64,000 bases of DNA from Yuukianura sp. NJ FZ-2021 (taxonomy: Eukaryota): positions 8,432,001 to 8,496,000 of the forward strand of contig CM102284.1 of assembly GCA_046563655.1 (NCBI GenBank), written 5' to 3'. Both the position numbers and the translations under genes were made by a program. The notes under the pieces were generated by a model. That model worked only from the letters and a program-made list of their open reading frames with translations. It was not told the DNA's origin and ran no database searches. The first letter of the stretch is position 1; every line of letters begins with the position of its first letter. Shown here one piece after another: positions 1-13,700 of the stretch.

Positions 1-177
1 GACATTACAATGCTTTTCAAGGCAACTGAACTAATCGATTTTGCGACGATTAGTAATCGTCGATTACAAAAGAGCTGGAAAATATTTTATTTGAGCTTAA
101 TCGCTTAGCCTTGTCAATCAATTACTCAACAACTTTTTGTTTACGCACTCCTTCATGTTTATCTTTTGATTTTTCAG

Positions 178-3100
178 ATTTTTGCACAACCTTCTTTTGC
201 AACTTTTGATTGTTGGCTGGAAGAATCGTAAGTTCAACGTAGTTACGTTTTTTCTGTTTTAACTTAACTTTTAACGTTTAGGTTAAAAGCATTAAAAAGC
301 ATTGAAACCGGTACTCAAGACCTCTTGATGTTCAGTGATGTTTAGTGACAGTTTGATGCTTCGCATTAGAAATGCGTAGCAGTTGCATTCATTGATCCTA
401 ATTAATCCACAAAGTGGTTTCGCGGTTAAGCTTTTTTGACGCGGAAAAAGTCAACTGCGAGTGAAAACAGCGTGTTAATTTTGGGTTTTTGCGTTTAACA
501 GGTTACTGGATCACTCCTTTCATGTTTTACTGACGCAGAAGTTTACAATTAAGAGACTCCGACGGTGCTACTACGAATGGGCGTTTCTACGTAGTGAAAA
601 CTTGGTTCAATTACTAATCGACTGTCTAAGGTCCCTCGCAACCAGAGATTTTATCCTCCTGAGCAAAATCCCATCTTACGTTGTAAGTCAATCACTCAAG
701 TAATTACAAATTAATTAACTAATCAACTTTCCTCTTTGTTTTAAACTTTAAATTGAGTTGAAGCACCTCCACGCGTAAACAATTAAACTTTTCCTATTGT
801 TTTTCTTTGCAGAGTGGCGTGTATCGCTTACCCACCGACTTCCCAATGCCTACGACTGGAGTAGCAGTCATCCCTGCTACAATTTCACTCGAGTCTTCAG
901 CAGAGTCCTTTAAAAGTGCTAAAATGACTGAGCCTATTCCAATTCTCGTGACTCCTCTGCCAACAGACTCCGGAGATGATTTATCAACAAGTTCAAAACA
1001 AAGTAAATCCAATTTAGAATCAATTCTGGAAGCCAATCAAGTAGCAGAGGAGGAAGAAGAAGAAGTTTCTACTGCTGGAGATTCACTCGGAATTCCTAAA
1101 TTCTCGTATTCTTATGGATCTCCAATCGTGTCCGTCCCGAACTTCTCCGAAATTGAAGATCGACCAAGGTTGGATCCAATGATTTCAACTTTCAAATCTG
1201 AAAAGAAACAAGCAATTTCAGAAGAATTCAAGTCACCGACGAATCAAAACTACTCGAATGCTGGAACGAAGTCGTTTCTGGAGTCGGGTGGATTTTTACC
1301 ACCGGAAACTCTCGGGAACTTTCCACTGCCGCAGAAAGGGCAAAGTCTAAAAGACTTTTTGTCGTCGTTGTCTGATGCTAGTCAACCTGATCTGGACAGA
1401 GAAAATTCACATTTCAACATTTCAGAGGCTCTCATCTCTGCTTTTGAGAGCATGAAGGTCAAACAGAAGTTGGAAGCACTGCAGGAACAAAGACATTTGG
1501 AAAGAATGGAAGCCATGTTTGGAGGAGAGCCAATCAGAGATCAGTATCATCGCTGGGGAGGCTTGAAAATTAAAAAGAAGTTTCCGCTCAGACAACGTCC
1601 TGAACTACCATACACTGAAACGGAAGAATCAGAGTGAGTTTTTAAAAAGTTTTCATAATTTTGAAAAATTTGAAGATTTTCAAAAAAATTAAGATTTTGA
1701 TTTTCTTGTTCCACAGATTCGAATTTTGGAGGCAAAGCAGACACCCGCCGGCTGAAATCAAGAAGAAACCAAGAATTTCTCTCCAAATTGGATCCGAAGG
1801 GCAAAGTGAAAGTTTGATGTCAACAACCGGTGAGTTTTCAAAAATGAATAAATTGTGGAATTTTTGCTAATTTTTATGAAAATGTTTTTTTTAGAAGCGA
1901 CTACAAGCGGAAGTCCGTCGCTTTCGTCTTCTTCAGAGGATCTCAACTCGTGTTCCTTCTCTGCAGAGAATGTGGCTCTGAATTTGCTGCGTAACGTGAG
2001 ACTTGAAGAAGCGAAGTTACCGGAAGCTAGCACTTTGCAGTGGCTGGTCACAGAACGAGATTGTCCACAAGCACTTCTGCCGCTCCCTAAAAACTGGACG
2101 AGCAACAGCGAAAGTGAGACGGACAGCTTGGATAAAAGTATTCGACTCCGCGGAACCGTAGAGTGGGCACCTCCAAGACCGCAGGTTAGACAGAAAACAT
2201 TCATTTTTCAAAAATTTTGGGTTTTTTAAAATTTTGGTTTTTGTCACTTCTAGATTATTTTCACAATTCATCCTACTGCGACGTAAGTCTTGACTTTTTT
2301 TTTAGATTAATTCATAATTTAGTTGATTAATCAGCGATTTTTGATGTTTTTAGGCTACAAATATTGACTGAGACGCAGAAGTATCGATGTGCTGGATGTG
2401 GTATGATGTTATACTTGTTTACTCGAACGGTCGTATAATCTAACTCCAGGTGTACTGGCAGCATCCAGTATAATTTGAAATATTTTTTTGTAAAAGGTGT
2501 GAGGGTTCAAGCGAAGTATGCCAGCACATATCGCTTCTGTCACTACCTTGGAAGATACTTTTGTTCTGGCTGTCACTCCAAGAAAACTGCCCGTCTTCCG
2601 CAGATGATCATTCACCGTTGGGATTTCAGCTAGTAAGACACACAAAACTCAATTTTCACACATTTGAATGTGAATTTCAAAATTTTGACAAATATTTTTC
2701 GTTTTTTCAGTTACCAAGTATCAAATTTCAGTGCAACTCTGCTGGAAAGTCTTCGGTTTGATCCAGTTTACAATCTGATGGGAATCAATCCTGCTTTGGC
2801 TCGCAGGGGGCGTGTAGGCACTTTCAGAACTTATCGACTCCAACTCAAATTTCTTGGACAGTATTTGCAAAACTGCAAAGCAGCTACTGAGTAAGTTACA
2901 AAATTTTCGAAATTTCAAAATTTCAAGTTGCAAAAACTTTTTTGTTTTTTGGTGTAGATTATATGAGGAAGCGAATTCTGTGCCGTCGTACTACACTGCT
3001 GATCCGGATTTGTACTCAATTGAAGATTTGATTCAACTGAGATTCGGAACTGGCCTTCCGCTCAAAGTGAAAGAAATTGTGGCCAAGGGGATCCAGCATG

Positions 3101-3425
3101 TGCTTGGGTGTCCAGTAAGTGAAATACTGCTTCCTCATTGGTCGAAATGACTCAAAAAGTTAACTTTTGTTATGTTAAGTTAACTTGTTATGTTCGTTTG
3201 TAGCTCTGTCGTCAGTTGGGATTTCACTGTGAGATTTGCAAAGGAGCTGAAGTGATATTTCCGTTTGAACTGAGTCGTGTGAGTCGCTGTGCCCACTGCT
3301 CAGCCTGCTTTCACCTTCGCTGTTTCACTCCTGGACTCAACCAGTGTCCCAAGTGCCTTCGTCTCAATTTCCGCAAGCAATCTCTCTCATCCTCTCAAGA
3401 TTACGCAATCGAACTTCCAGTTTAA
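178..3425 (+). CDS. RUBCN: Rubicon (RUN and cysteine-rich domain Beclin-1 interactor), multi-exon, 5' end outside window
   Basis: Exons 178-227 and 502-682 give a RUN-domain C-terminus (WLEES-LLDHS...CYYEWAFLRS). Later exons carry Rubicon motifs LDRENSHFNISEALISAFESMK, SAENVALNLL, LQWLVTERDCPQALLPLP, RGTVEWAPPRPQ-IIFTIHP, CAGCG...FCHYLGRYFCSGCH and GFHCEICK...CAHCSACFHLRC...CPKC. GT-AG introns. Confidence 0.93.
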
Positions 3426-3954
3426 AACGAAGACTAAAAAAGCCGTTTTTTTGCAAGATTCGGATTTTTAGCAATTTTGCTCTCCAACAGTTTGAAAAAA
3501 AGATCCAAACCCGGTGTAACTTTCTCCGAAATTTTGTAATTTCAATCAACTTTTTCACTTTTTACTTAAATTCTGGACCCAAAATGCAAACAAGTTTGAG
3601 AAATTGCAGCAATTTCATTTTTGTAATTTTATTTTTAGGTTTTGAGGAAAAGGTAGCAAATTGCTACATTTCGACTTTGCTACTAACTAAAATTAGTTTA
3701 ATTTTTGATGTGTTAAGTGCTCGCGATGTTACTTTTTAAGTTTGAGGTTTAAGATGACCTTTGACCTTATTTTACAATTTCTTTTGATAACTCGTTTGTT
3801 TCTGTCGCGTTTTAAGAAAATACTGATGATGATGATTTCCAAAGCTGATTTCTCACCAAGTCTCAATTAAAAGCGTAACTTTTAAAAGTCTTTTGGTTTT
3901 GAGAAAAACGTTCAATTTTTTCTTCAATTTTTTTTGTGAAGGTATTGATTTTTT

Positions 3955-6900
3955 TTACGTTTCGTGTTTGTGTTGTTGTTCAACTAATTTTTGCCATTGA
4001 GCTAAATTTAATTTGCAGCCTTCTAGGAGCGGATGTGTTTCCGGAATGAGTTTGCTCAGCAACCCGTAGCACGGAATGCAAATTCCTTGCAAAAATCCAA
4101 CCTGTGCAAAAAGTTTGTGCAAAAATTCAGATTTGTGAAGGGGCAACTCATAAGTTTATGATCTTCCAAATTGCAAAAGAAAAATTCGCAAGTTCCAAAT
4201 TTTTTTCATACTTGGCTTCCAGGTTGCTCGTCAGCACAGTCTCTGTCCATCATAGGAATTGGTTGTCTCCCTGCTTGTTTCTCCAGGTCACCTTCAAGAG
4301 TAAGTTTCGAAATTTCGAAATTTTACAGTTTTTTTTTTCAAAATTTTGAATTTTGTACCTTGTTCATAGAATTCGAGGAAGATGACATTGACTGTCTCCA
4401 GTTGGATTTCCCATGGCTTGGCACTTGCGCAGAGGTCAGCAGCGGTCATGGCAATTGCTTGGACCAACTCCCGAGGTTCAGTGGAGTTCCAGCTGAAGTC
4501 GCCCGAGGCGACAACGTCGTCCAGCCGTTTCTTGTTGCCGAAAAATGTCGCCAAATCGGTCGCCAGGATGCAGTGCTTGATGTTGCCCAAAATGGCTTTG
4601 TAGTCTTCGGAACTCAGCTTTCCAAAAATATTGTGTCCATCCTTGAGAGAAAGAAAGTGAAAAGTATGAATTCTTTCAAACTTCAAGTTTCAAATTCTAT
4701 TTTCAAAAAGTTGGAAAAATTGTACTTTTTGAAAAAAAAGTTGTAGAATTTAAAATTTTACTCTCTGTAGAATGGTGACAGTTTGATTGAAGTGGTGATG
4801 TTCCATTGTGCTTGTTGAGTACATGGCTGCAATGGGCGAGGCCGATTCGAGCATGAACTTGTTGTTTTTCCCACGGTGGTCCACATCATGACACAAGCAA
4901 CCAATGTACAGAGCAAGACGCTAAAAGTTCAAGTTTTTAAAAATTAAAAACAAAAAGAGAAAGTTCAAAGTGAAATAACTATTTCTTTGAATTTTAAATT
5001 TTGAATATTTTACTTCGAGTGGGCGAAAGGAGTCCGTCCGCGTCCGTTTCAAAATGGCGTACATGCAGTTAGCTACAGTGAATCCATCTAACAATGAACA
5101 TCAAAACAATTCTAGTTATGCTTTTAACTAACTTAAGTGCTTAATTAACTTAAGTTTTTAATTAACTTACGTGTCCAGTTGTGGTAAGGTACTTTTCTGT
5201 AGTTCTTTTTCACAGTCAAGAAGAATCGGTAGATCGAATCAAGGTCAAAATGGTTCAACCTAAAAAAAAGTAATTCAAAATTCAAAAATGTCAAGCGAAA
5301 ATGACAATTTCAACAATACATTCTAATTGCTAATTGCTAAAAAAAACTGTTAAAAACCTTGTCAATTTAAAATTTATGACTTTTTCTCCTCTTCACACAA
5401 ATTCCATTGTTTCGCTTTTTTCTTTCTTTTTCCACTTGTTTTTTCAATTGTCGTTTTTTTAAAAGGAAGAAGCTGTTTATGACGCAGTTATTTTGAGGGT
5501 GTGGTGCATTTTGAAAGTAATAATAATTACTTAATTACTTAACAAGCGTTATTGTTGTTAGTAAAATTTGGAAAATGAGTTAGTTCCGCTTACCCGAAGA
5601 GATCTACGAACATGTAGACAGAGTGATGGACTTTTTTCATGTCATCAGTGGCCATGGGGTTAAAGTGGAAACTGCAAATTAAATCACACACTCAACACTT
5701 TGAAATTTAAATTTCAAATTTTGCAGAACTTGAAAGCCGAAGTTTATTTAAATCCACAATTTGAAACTTTCTTTTCTGGAGAAAGTTCTTACTTGTCAAT
5801 TCCAATGGCTTCCTGTGGAGGCAGAATTCCTGTTGCCCTTGCTTCTCTGAACTCCTCCTCTGAACAAGTATTGTAGTATGACAGAACCTTTCAAATTCAA
5901 AATTTATCAAATTTTAAAATTTTAAGATATTTTTTTTTGAAATACCTCTAGAGCCACATTGTACTTTTGTTCTGATCTTCTGATTTGGTCGTAGAGATTT
6001 GCATGGTGCAGAGCCAGTCCGCAGTAAGTTGCGTAAGTGGCAAATGCCTTTTCATCTTCCTCTGAGAAAACTCCATTTCTCTTGTTGAGCATCTGAACTA
6101 CTCCGATCACACTCCCTCGGTTAAAGATCGGCATGCACAAAATCGTCTGGTTCAAAAATTCACAATTTCAAATTTCAAAATTTCAATTTTCAAATTTTGG
6201 ATTTTGAACTTGAACTTAAAAACGGCTGACCTTGGTGACATAGCCAGTGACCTTGTCTACTTCCCGGTTGAATCGAATGTCATTGTAAGCATCTCGGATG
6301 TTCAGAATCTCTCCCGTTGCTGCAACTTGACCAGCCACACCAACACCCAAAGGAATTCTAAAACAAACTCCAAATTATACTTTTCTCAAAAGTCAGTTTT
6401 GGAAACAAAAACTGAAATTTAGAAAGGTCAAAGGTCAAACCGGATTTCGTGGTCGGGAGAGTCTAAACTGCAATGCCCTCCCTCTGCATCTGTGCCAGTG
6501 TCGAAGAGCCGAGCGTGCAACTCCCGGGTTTTTGTGTCCACTAGAAACAAAGATGCTCGGTCAGCCTCCACGAGTTGCTTCGCAAACTCCATCACTTTGT
6601 TGATTAAAACATCCTAAAAATAAGTTAATCCAAAATTATTACATTTTATCTAAAAAAAAGAGTAAAATTTTGGAGAAAATTGCTGCTTTTGAATAGTAAA
6701 AATTTGCTTTCCCTACCATTGAGATCATGTCCTGAAAAATGGACCTGAAAAGCAGGAAAAATATATTAGAAAATGACTGGGACTTGGAGGGTTAATGGAT
6801 AGACTAGAGAGGTGAAGGGTCAAGGGACCCTTAAGGGCCCAGGGTCACCTGACTACGTCCAGGAGGAAGTCGTTTTGCTTTTTGTGTCTGTTCATGACTG

Positions 6901-8134
6901 CGTTGAGGTCTGCGTAGTGCAGGGCCACTCCGCCCCACACTAAATAGCTGTTCACAATCTCTTGATCTTCGACGCAGAAGGGCTCTGTGATGTCTTGACG
7001 ATGGAGCTCAAGTACCCCCGACACTTCACCATCCGCACGCACGATCGGGTGACACAAAACGTACTTAGACTTGTCTATGTTTTCATCCCTACGACCCAAT
7101 CCACAAGGGAATCTAAAAAAAATCAAAATTTTGAATTTCGGATTTTCAAATTTCACATTTCAAATTTTCAGATTTTGAAATTTTGAGTAGTGACCTAGCG
7201 AGAGCCTCCAGTCTGGACATGATACAAGGCTCTCTGAGTTTGCAAACTGAAACGGCCAAGGTCATTTGCTTTTCATCTTCAAGTTGATAGTCCGTCAGAT
7301 CTTGTGACCCCCTGAAAAGTCAAAGGTCAATTTTTAAAATTTCAAAATTTTGAACTTTTTTAGAATTTTTGTACTTTTTGAGTTGAGAAAATCGTCTGAG
7401 TCCTTTGGTTTGTGGATCGATGAGATAAAGAACAAAGAAGTTGGCAGAAACAGCGGAGGAGATGCAAATTCCCAATTCCCACAGGAGATTGGGGATGTGC
7501 GGATTTTTCTGGAGCGTGAGAGCCAAGTTCTTGAGCATTCCGGGATTAGGGGCCCCACCAACGGCCCCACCTCCGCCCCGCCCATTAGTTGAAGTGGTGG
7601 CTCCTCCGGCCCCACCGAACGTAAATTTCCACTGGGATAAACTCCTTCTTCGATTGAAATTGAGGTGGGTTCGATCTGTGAGCCACGACTGAACTGTGTC
7701 TGTCGAAACGTACTTTTGCACAAAAGACGCCAGGAAAGAGGGATTCACTTTCAAAAATTTCTCAACTTCATCTGAAAACGAAAAAAAAAAGTGAAAATGA
7801 ATTTTTTTCACGTTTCGCTGATTTTTCATTATGCTTTCACTTTAATGAAATTCTTCCAAAAATTCTTTTGTTTCATTTTCTTTTGTTTCAACTTTCTCCT
7901 TTTTTCTTGTTCTGGCTTTCACTTGTTACATTTTTAAAAGTCAGTTTTCAAGTTTTTAAAAGAAAACATTTTTTTTTTCAAAAAGTTTTGTTTAAAAAAA
8001 GTGTTTTTTCGAAGTTTACTTTTTGTTAGAGAAAGTTGAGCTTATGAAAGCAACTTGTTGAACCAACCTTGAGTCAAATCAGGTCCACCGCTACTGGTAG
8101 TTCTCCCGCTGAAAGTTCTACTCGATCCGGCCAT
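3955..8134 (-). CDS. Dual-GAF cyclic nucleotide phosphodiesterase, PDE10A/nematode pde-5-like (paralog A)
   Basis: Hand-spliced from ATG 8134 (MAGSSRTF). GAF motifs ([37 protein letters not shown]); catalytic motifs [51 protein letters not shown]. Confidence 0.92.
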
Positions 8135-8710
8135 TTTCTATTCAAAATTTTGAAATTCAATTTAGAAAATCAATTTTGAAGACGAATTTCTAGAAACCGA
8201 CTTTTGGCAGAGTTCGAGTCACTTCCGTTTTTCACCGCTGGGCTCCTTGTAATCTTCTTTTGCGGAGATTGCAAATCTGTGGACAGATCCCGCACAAATC
8301 CAAACATTCAATTTGCAACTTCCAACTTTTTGGAAAAAAAAATGGACCGAAGATTTTTTTTTGCTTTTTTCGTCTTGACGAGAAGGGAGAAAGTTCCGTT
8401 TGACTTCACTTCGGCAATGGATCTGTTTTCAAGAAAAGAACTTTTTACACAAAAGACTTTGACTGGAAGCGTCCAGACGACTAAAAAGACTAAAAGTCGT
8501 GGCTCCTGGACCAAAACGAAGACTAAAAAGACTAAAAGTTGTGGAAGACTAAAAAGACTAAAAGTAGATGTTGGCTGGAGGAGTTGCTGGATAGACCTCT
8601 CCAGCGTCTGTGGAGCAACTAGTTGGTCGCTTCTTGTAGCAGGAGCTACTTGTAGTATTGAGACTTATTCTTATCCAGGGACCACCTGCCTCTTTCCTCT
8701 CCCCAAACGG

Positions 8711-8782
8711 GAGGGGACTTAAAAGGGGGACTTGAAGGGGGGACTTAAAAGGAGGGACTTGAAGGGGGGACTTGAAGGGGGA
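8711..8782. repeat. Five ~13-bp GGGGGACTT(G/A)AA direct repeats upstream of PDE paralog A
   Basis: Read directly: gaggggacttaaaagggggacttgaaggggggacttaaaaggagggacttgaaggggggacttgaagggg. Confidence 0.8.
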
Positions 8783-10069
8783 GCGGATTAATTGAATGAG
8801 CGAGTAGAAAGGAACTGCGGCACAATTGAAACTTTTTGACAGAGCGGAAACCCCTTTTCTCCTCCGTCATCCGACTGTAATAGTAAAGTTAGGTTTTGGT
8901 TAGGCTACGGTTAGGTTAGCCTAACTTTTTAGCCTAATTTTAATTGAGTTAGGCTAAATGCGTAGCCTATTGTGGTTGGAACTCAGTTTCTGTAAACTAA
9001 TTAGTTGGAACCACGAAGTGAAAGCAAGCACGGAGAAACCAAAACGCCATCCATCACTTGCGCCGCCCTTTAAGCAAAGGGGACTCGAATTTCAGGAATT
9101 TGCAAACTTTCACTTTTTTGCGTAACACGACACTATTTCCAAAACTTTCAGTCTGCTTTTTTTAGAAAAGTAATTTTTTAGATTCTTTTGAAAAGTTACA
9201 CAAACTAAGTTCTTTTTGTTAACTAAGAAACAACCTTTTCATTGAACCTTTTCAAAAAAGTGAAAGTATACAATACAAAAAGTTTCACAAAAACGTGCAA
9301 AAAAGTGTTTTCCAAAATTGAATTCTTGCGGTTATGTAAGCAAACAAAACTTAAAATTGAAAAAACTGTTTTCTTTTATGAAAGTAACTTTCTCCAACTC
9401 ACCTTTTCACCAAAAGTTGAAGCTCCTGGTTTTGAAAACTGAAAAACTGAAATTCTGGAAACTTATTTGAAATAATTAAAGCACCTTGATGGCTAAAGTG
9501 ATTAAACTAATTTGAAATTCTGGAAAGAAGACGTGGCTACAGTTGGCACAAAGTTTGAACTCCGAGTTACCATCATCTTAACTTTCACTTTGTCGTTTTC
9601 ACTTTCCAACAGAAACTTTAACTTTTGATGGAAGTTTTTAGTTTAGGCAAAAGTTAAAGTTAAGGCAGGGATTAGCAACAAATTACACTCAAAAGGGAAC
9701 TGTCACCAACTAATCCACTCTCGTCTGAATTCGCAGAACTCGTTTTTTCAAAATTTGAAAACAATTGAAAAAAGCAGATAAGATTGGCTTCCAACTCAGA
9801 GCCAATGTGCTTCTGGTCCACAGAAATTCGCAACTTGCAAAAATTGTGAATCGCAATTTCCAATCTTGTCGACACATTTTTTTAGCTCTTCAAACAGGTG
9901 TCAAGTGCTCTCCAATATGTTAAACACTCAAAAATGAAAAAATTGAATTCTGAAATTGAAGTTGAATTTTTTTCCAAACTAAATAGGTCAAATGACCTGT
10001 CATCACGAAAAAAGTAGGTAGAGTTAACAGCTCCTATTTTTTTTTGAAATTGAAATAGACAGAAATTTA

Positions 10070-10452
10070 TTGACTTTAGTGAATTTAGTGAATTTAGTGA
10101 CCTTGACCATCGATTTATTGTTTCCATCATTGCAGTCGAGACTACTGGAGTCTACGGGGAAGAAGGCCGACGTCTACTCAATTCCATTGGACATCGCCTC
10201 TCAGAAGCCACCGGTGACAATCGAGCAACAGCCTTCCTCTTTCAACGAATTAGCCTTGCCATCCAAAGAGGAAATGCCACATCTATATTGGGAACCTTAC
10301 CGTCAGGAAAAGAACTCTACGAAATCTATATGATTTAAACATTTTTTCAATAACCTCTTTAAATACCTCAACCTGCCTCTGGCAGGTGTAAGTTTTCTCA
10401 GTTCTGTTGTTAAATAAAGAAAATATTCGAAAAAAAAAAAAAAAAAAAAAAA
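10070..10452 (+). mobile_element. 5'-truncated non-LTR retrotransposon, CRE-clade-like restriction-like endonuclease C-terminus
   Basis: A frame not listed in the ORF track reads IAVETTGVYGEEGRRLLNSIGHRLSEATGDNRATAFLFQRISLAIQRGNATSILGTLP, stop at 10338. AATAAA at 10413, poly(A) 10430-10452, 13-bp target-site duplication AGACAGAAATTTA at 10057-10069 and 10453-10465. Confidence 0.9.
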
Positions 10453-10750
10453 AGACAGAAATTTACTTTTTTCGAATTAAAAGTTTCACTCTTTCCAATT
10501 TAAAAGAGTGTCGAATTCATGCTTGAGTGTTTTGAATTTAAAATTTTCACTTTTTTTTTCACTTTGAGGCGGCACAGTTTCAGTTTATTTTGTTGATTTT
10601 AAACTATTCTAGAGTGACTTTGGGAGATTCTGTTTTAGAATTGATGAATTGTGGCTAAAAGAGGTGGAAGGTGAGGCACTGTGTGTTTGGAGAGCGTGTG
10701 AAGTGTGCAGAAATGGATCTCACTTGGGAGATGACTTGAATGTTGTGAAT

Positions 10751-13700
10751 TTAGGTGGAGGGATGGAGGGGCGGAGGTCGGTGTTCCTTTTGTTCCTCGT
10801 CCATTTCTCTCCAGCGATTCATGTTCACTTGGCACCCTTTGAGGAGAGGCGCTGTTTGCGGAATGATCTTCCGCAGAATCTCGTAGCACGGAATACAAAT
10901 TCCAGCGATGAACCCAACCTAAGGTGGAACCAGATGGAATTCGGATCAAAGGATTCCAAATTTATCAAAAGAGAAAGTTTTTTTGAGAGAAAAATTGTTT
11001 GTGAATTACCTGTGTCGCTGGCAATTCATCTGAACAGTCACGATCCATCATCGGAATGGGTTTTCGACCGCACTTTTTCTCCAGGTCACCTGACAACAAA
11101 GGTCAAACTGTCACTTTGAGGTCAAGTACTGGAAGTATTTGTAAAGTATTGGCAGTATTGGAAGTATCTGACAAGTATTGGGCAAGTATTGGCAAGTACT
11201 GACCTTGGTTGTAGAATTCTTCAAAGATGACCTTGACCGTTTCCACTTGGATGTCCCAGGGCTTGGCACTTGCGCACAAATCAGAAGCTGTCATCGTCAC
11301 TGCTTGGGCGACTAGTCTAAAATTCCAAATAACAGTTTTTCAAAATTTTGAAATTTTTGAAAAGTGAAATTTTTTTGATTTTTTGAAAATTCTTACCTGT
11401 GCTCTAGCACTCCCCAACTGAACGAGTCTTTCTCCACGAGACGGTCGAGTCTTGCTTTGTTCGTGAAGAAAAGGGCCAAATCCGTTGCCAAAATGCAGTG
11501 CTTGATGTTTCCCAGAACTTGCTTATATTCTTCTGAACTCAGCTTTGCAAAAATGTTGTGCCCTTCCTGAAATTTCAAAATTTTGAAAAAAAAAATTTCA
11601 AAAAGTAGATTTTTGAGAGTAGAGCCCACTTGTTGCAGAATGGTGACAGTCTGGTTGAAGTGGTGATGCTCCATGGTGCTTGTGGAGTAGATGGAAGCCA
11701 GTGGAGATGCTGATTCAAGCATAAACTTATTGTTCATCCCGCGGTGGTCAAGGTCATGACACAGCGAACCAACATACAAGGCCAGACACTGAAAAGGTCA
11801 AAGGTCAAAGGTCAAACACACTAAAAAGTCAACGATCAAAGGTCAAAGGTCAATAACCTGCAACTTCTAAATCTACTTCTTACTTCAAGTGGGCGGAAGA
11901 TCGACGTCTTTTGGAGGATGCAGAACATGCAATTGGCAACTGTGAAACCATGGGCCCAGTTGTGGTACGGCTAAATTTTTATCCAAAATGAGAAATTTCC
12001 AAAATTTTGATAAAATTTTCTTTCAAATTTTTAGTTTTTGATGTTACCACAGCGCGGTAGTTTTTTCGGACAGTCAAAATGAATCTGTAGATCGAATCCA
12101 AATTGAACCTTGTCAGTCCAAAAAGTTCTACGAATTGGTACACCGAGTAGTGCACTTTCTGCAGACTGTCGATCGAGTTCGGTTTAAAGTAGAAACTGAA
12201 AAACACAAAACTCAAAATTTTCAAATTTCTTCAAAATTTTGAAAAGCTTACTCATCTAATCCAGGTACAGCTTTAGGTACTCCCATGGCCCTTGCTTTCT
12301 CAAACTCCTCTTCTGAGCAACTGTTGTGGTACGAAAGTACATCCAAAGCCACTCTGTACTTTTGCTCAGATCGACGAATTTTGTCGTACAATTTGGCATG
12401 ATGCAAAGCAAGTCCGCAGTATACTGCGAACATCTCAAAAGCATCTTCGTCTTCTCTACTAAACAAACCACGGTGCTTGTTCACCATCTGAACTACTCCG
12501 ATGATCGTACTCCGGATGAAAATCGGCATGCACAGGATCGACTAAAATTTCAAAATTTCAAAATTCCAATTTTCAAAATGTCAATTTTCAAAATTTGAAC
12601 TGCTGACCTTGGTGACATAGCCCGTGACCTGATCCACACCACGGTTAAACCGTTCGTCCTTGTAAGCATCAGGAATGTTCAGAATTTGTCCGCTCGTGGC
12701 CACGAGTCCAGCTATTCCTGTGCCGATCGGAAATCTAAGAAAAGTTGAAATCAAAATTTAAACGCCACGACGTTTTTTATAAATTCTGAATTTCGAAATT
12801 TCAATTTTTGGAGAAAGTTGTGTGAAATTTTGTCTACCGAATTTCCTTGACTGATCCATCCAGTGCAAGGTCGCTTCCGGTTGGTTCCTTGTCATTGCCC
12901 ATGTCGAATATCCTGGCGTACAATTCTTTCGTTCGGCTGTCCACGAGGAATAGTGACGCCCTATCAGCGTCTACCAATCGCTGCGCAAAGTTCATCACTT
13001 TCTTGATCACAGCGTCCTGAAAAAAAAGTCACAAAAAATGAAAACTTTTACTAAAAAGAGTCAAGTTTCATAAATTTTCATGATTTTTTGTCATTACCAT
13101 TGAAATCATGTCCTGGAAGATGGATCTAAGCATAAAATGGAGAATAAATGTATAAATCAATGTAAAATGTGATATAAATATGTAAATTAAAATGTAACCT
13201 GACTACTCCTAGGAGAAATTCGTTAAGTTTTTTCTGTTTGTTCATGACTGAGTTGAGATCAGCGTAGTGCAAAGCGATTCCGCCCCAAACGAGATAACTG
13301 TGCACAATTTCTTCATCTTCTTTGTAAAACTGCATCTCTGGTCCATCTCTGTACAGTTCAAGCACTCCGATCATCTCTCCGTCTGACTTCACAATGGGAT
13401 GGCACAAGATGAACGATGGTTTGGAACTGGACTCTGATCCATCCCCAAGTCCTTGTGGAAATCTAAACCAATCAGAGAACAGGAAATCAGGTGAAAGCCA
13501 ATCAGGAAAGAGCACAAAAAGTTGGAATTTTTGCAAAATTTGATTGGAATTTTAGGAATTTTAACGATTTTTTGAATTCACTAACCGTGTCAGTGCTTCA
13601 TCTCGACTGATTCTGACGGGCTCTCGGCCATGACAGACGTAGCTGGCCAAAGTGGTTCCATCCAGTGGCAGAGGCTCCGTCACTTGCTTTCTAGTTTTCA

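Noticed and set aside
8204-8722. 172-aa plus-strand ORF
   Set aside because: TTG start, antisense to the PDE-A upstream region and built partly from aagactaaaa repeats.
10070-10333. Listed 87-aa ORF as a gene
   Set aside because: Wrong frame; the retrotransposon endonuclease peptide is in an overlapping frame ending at 10338.
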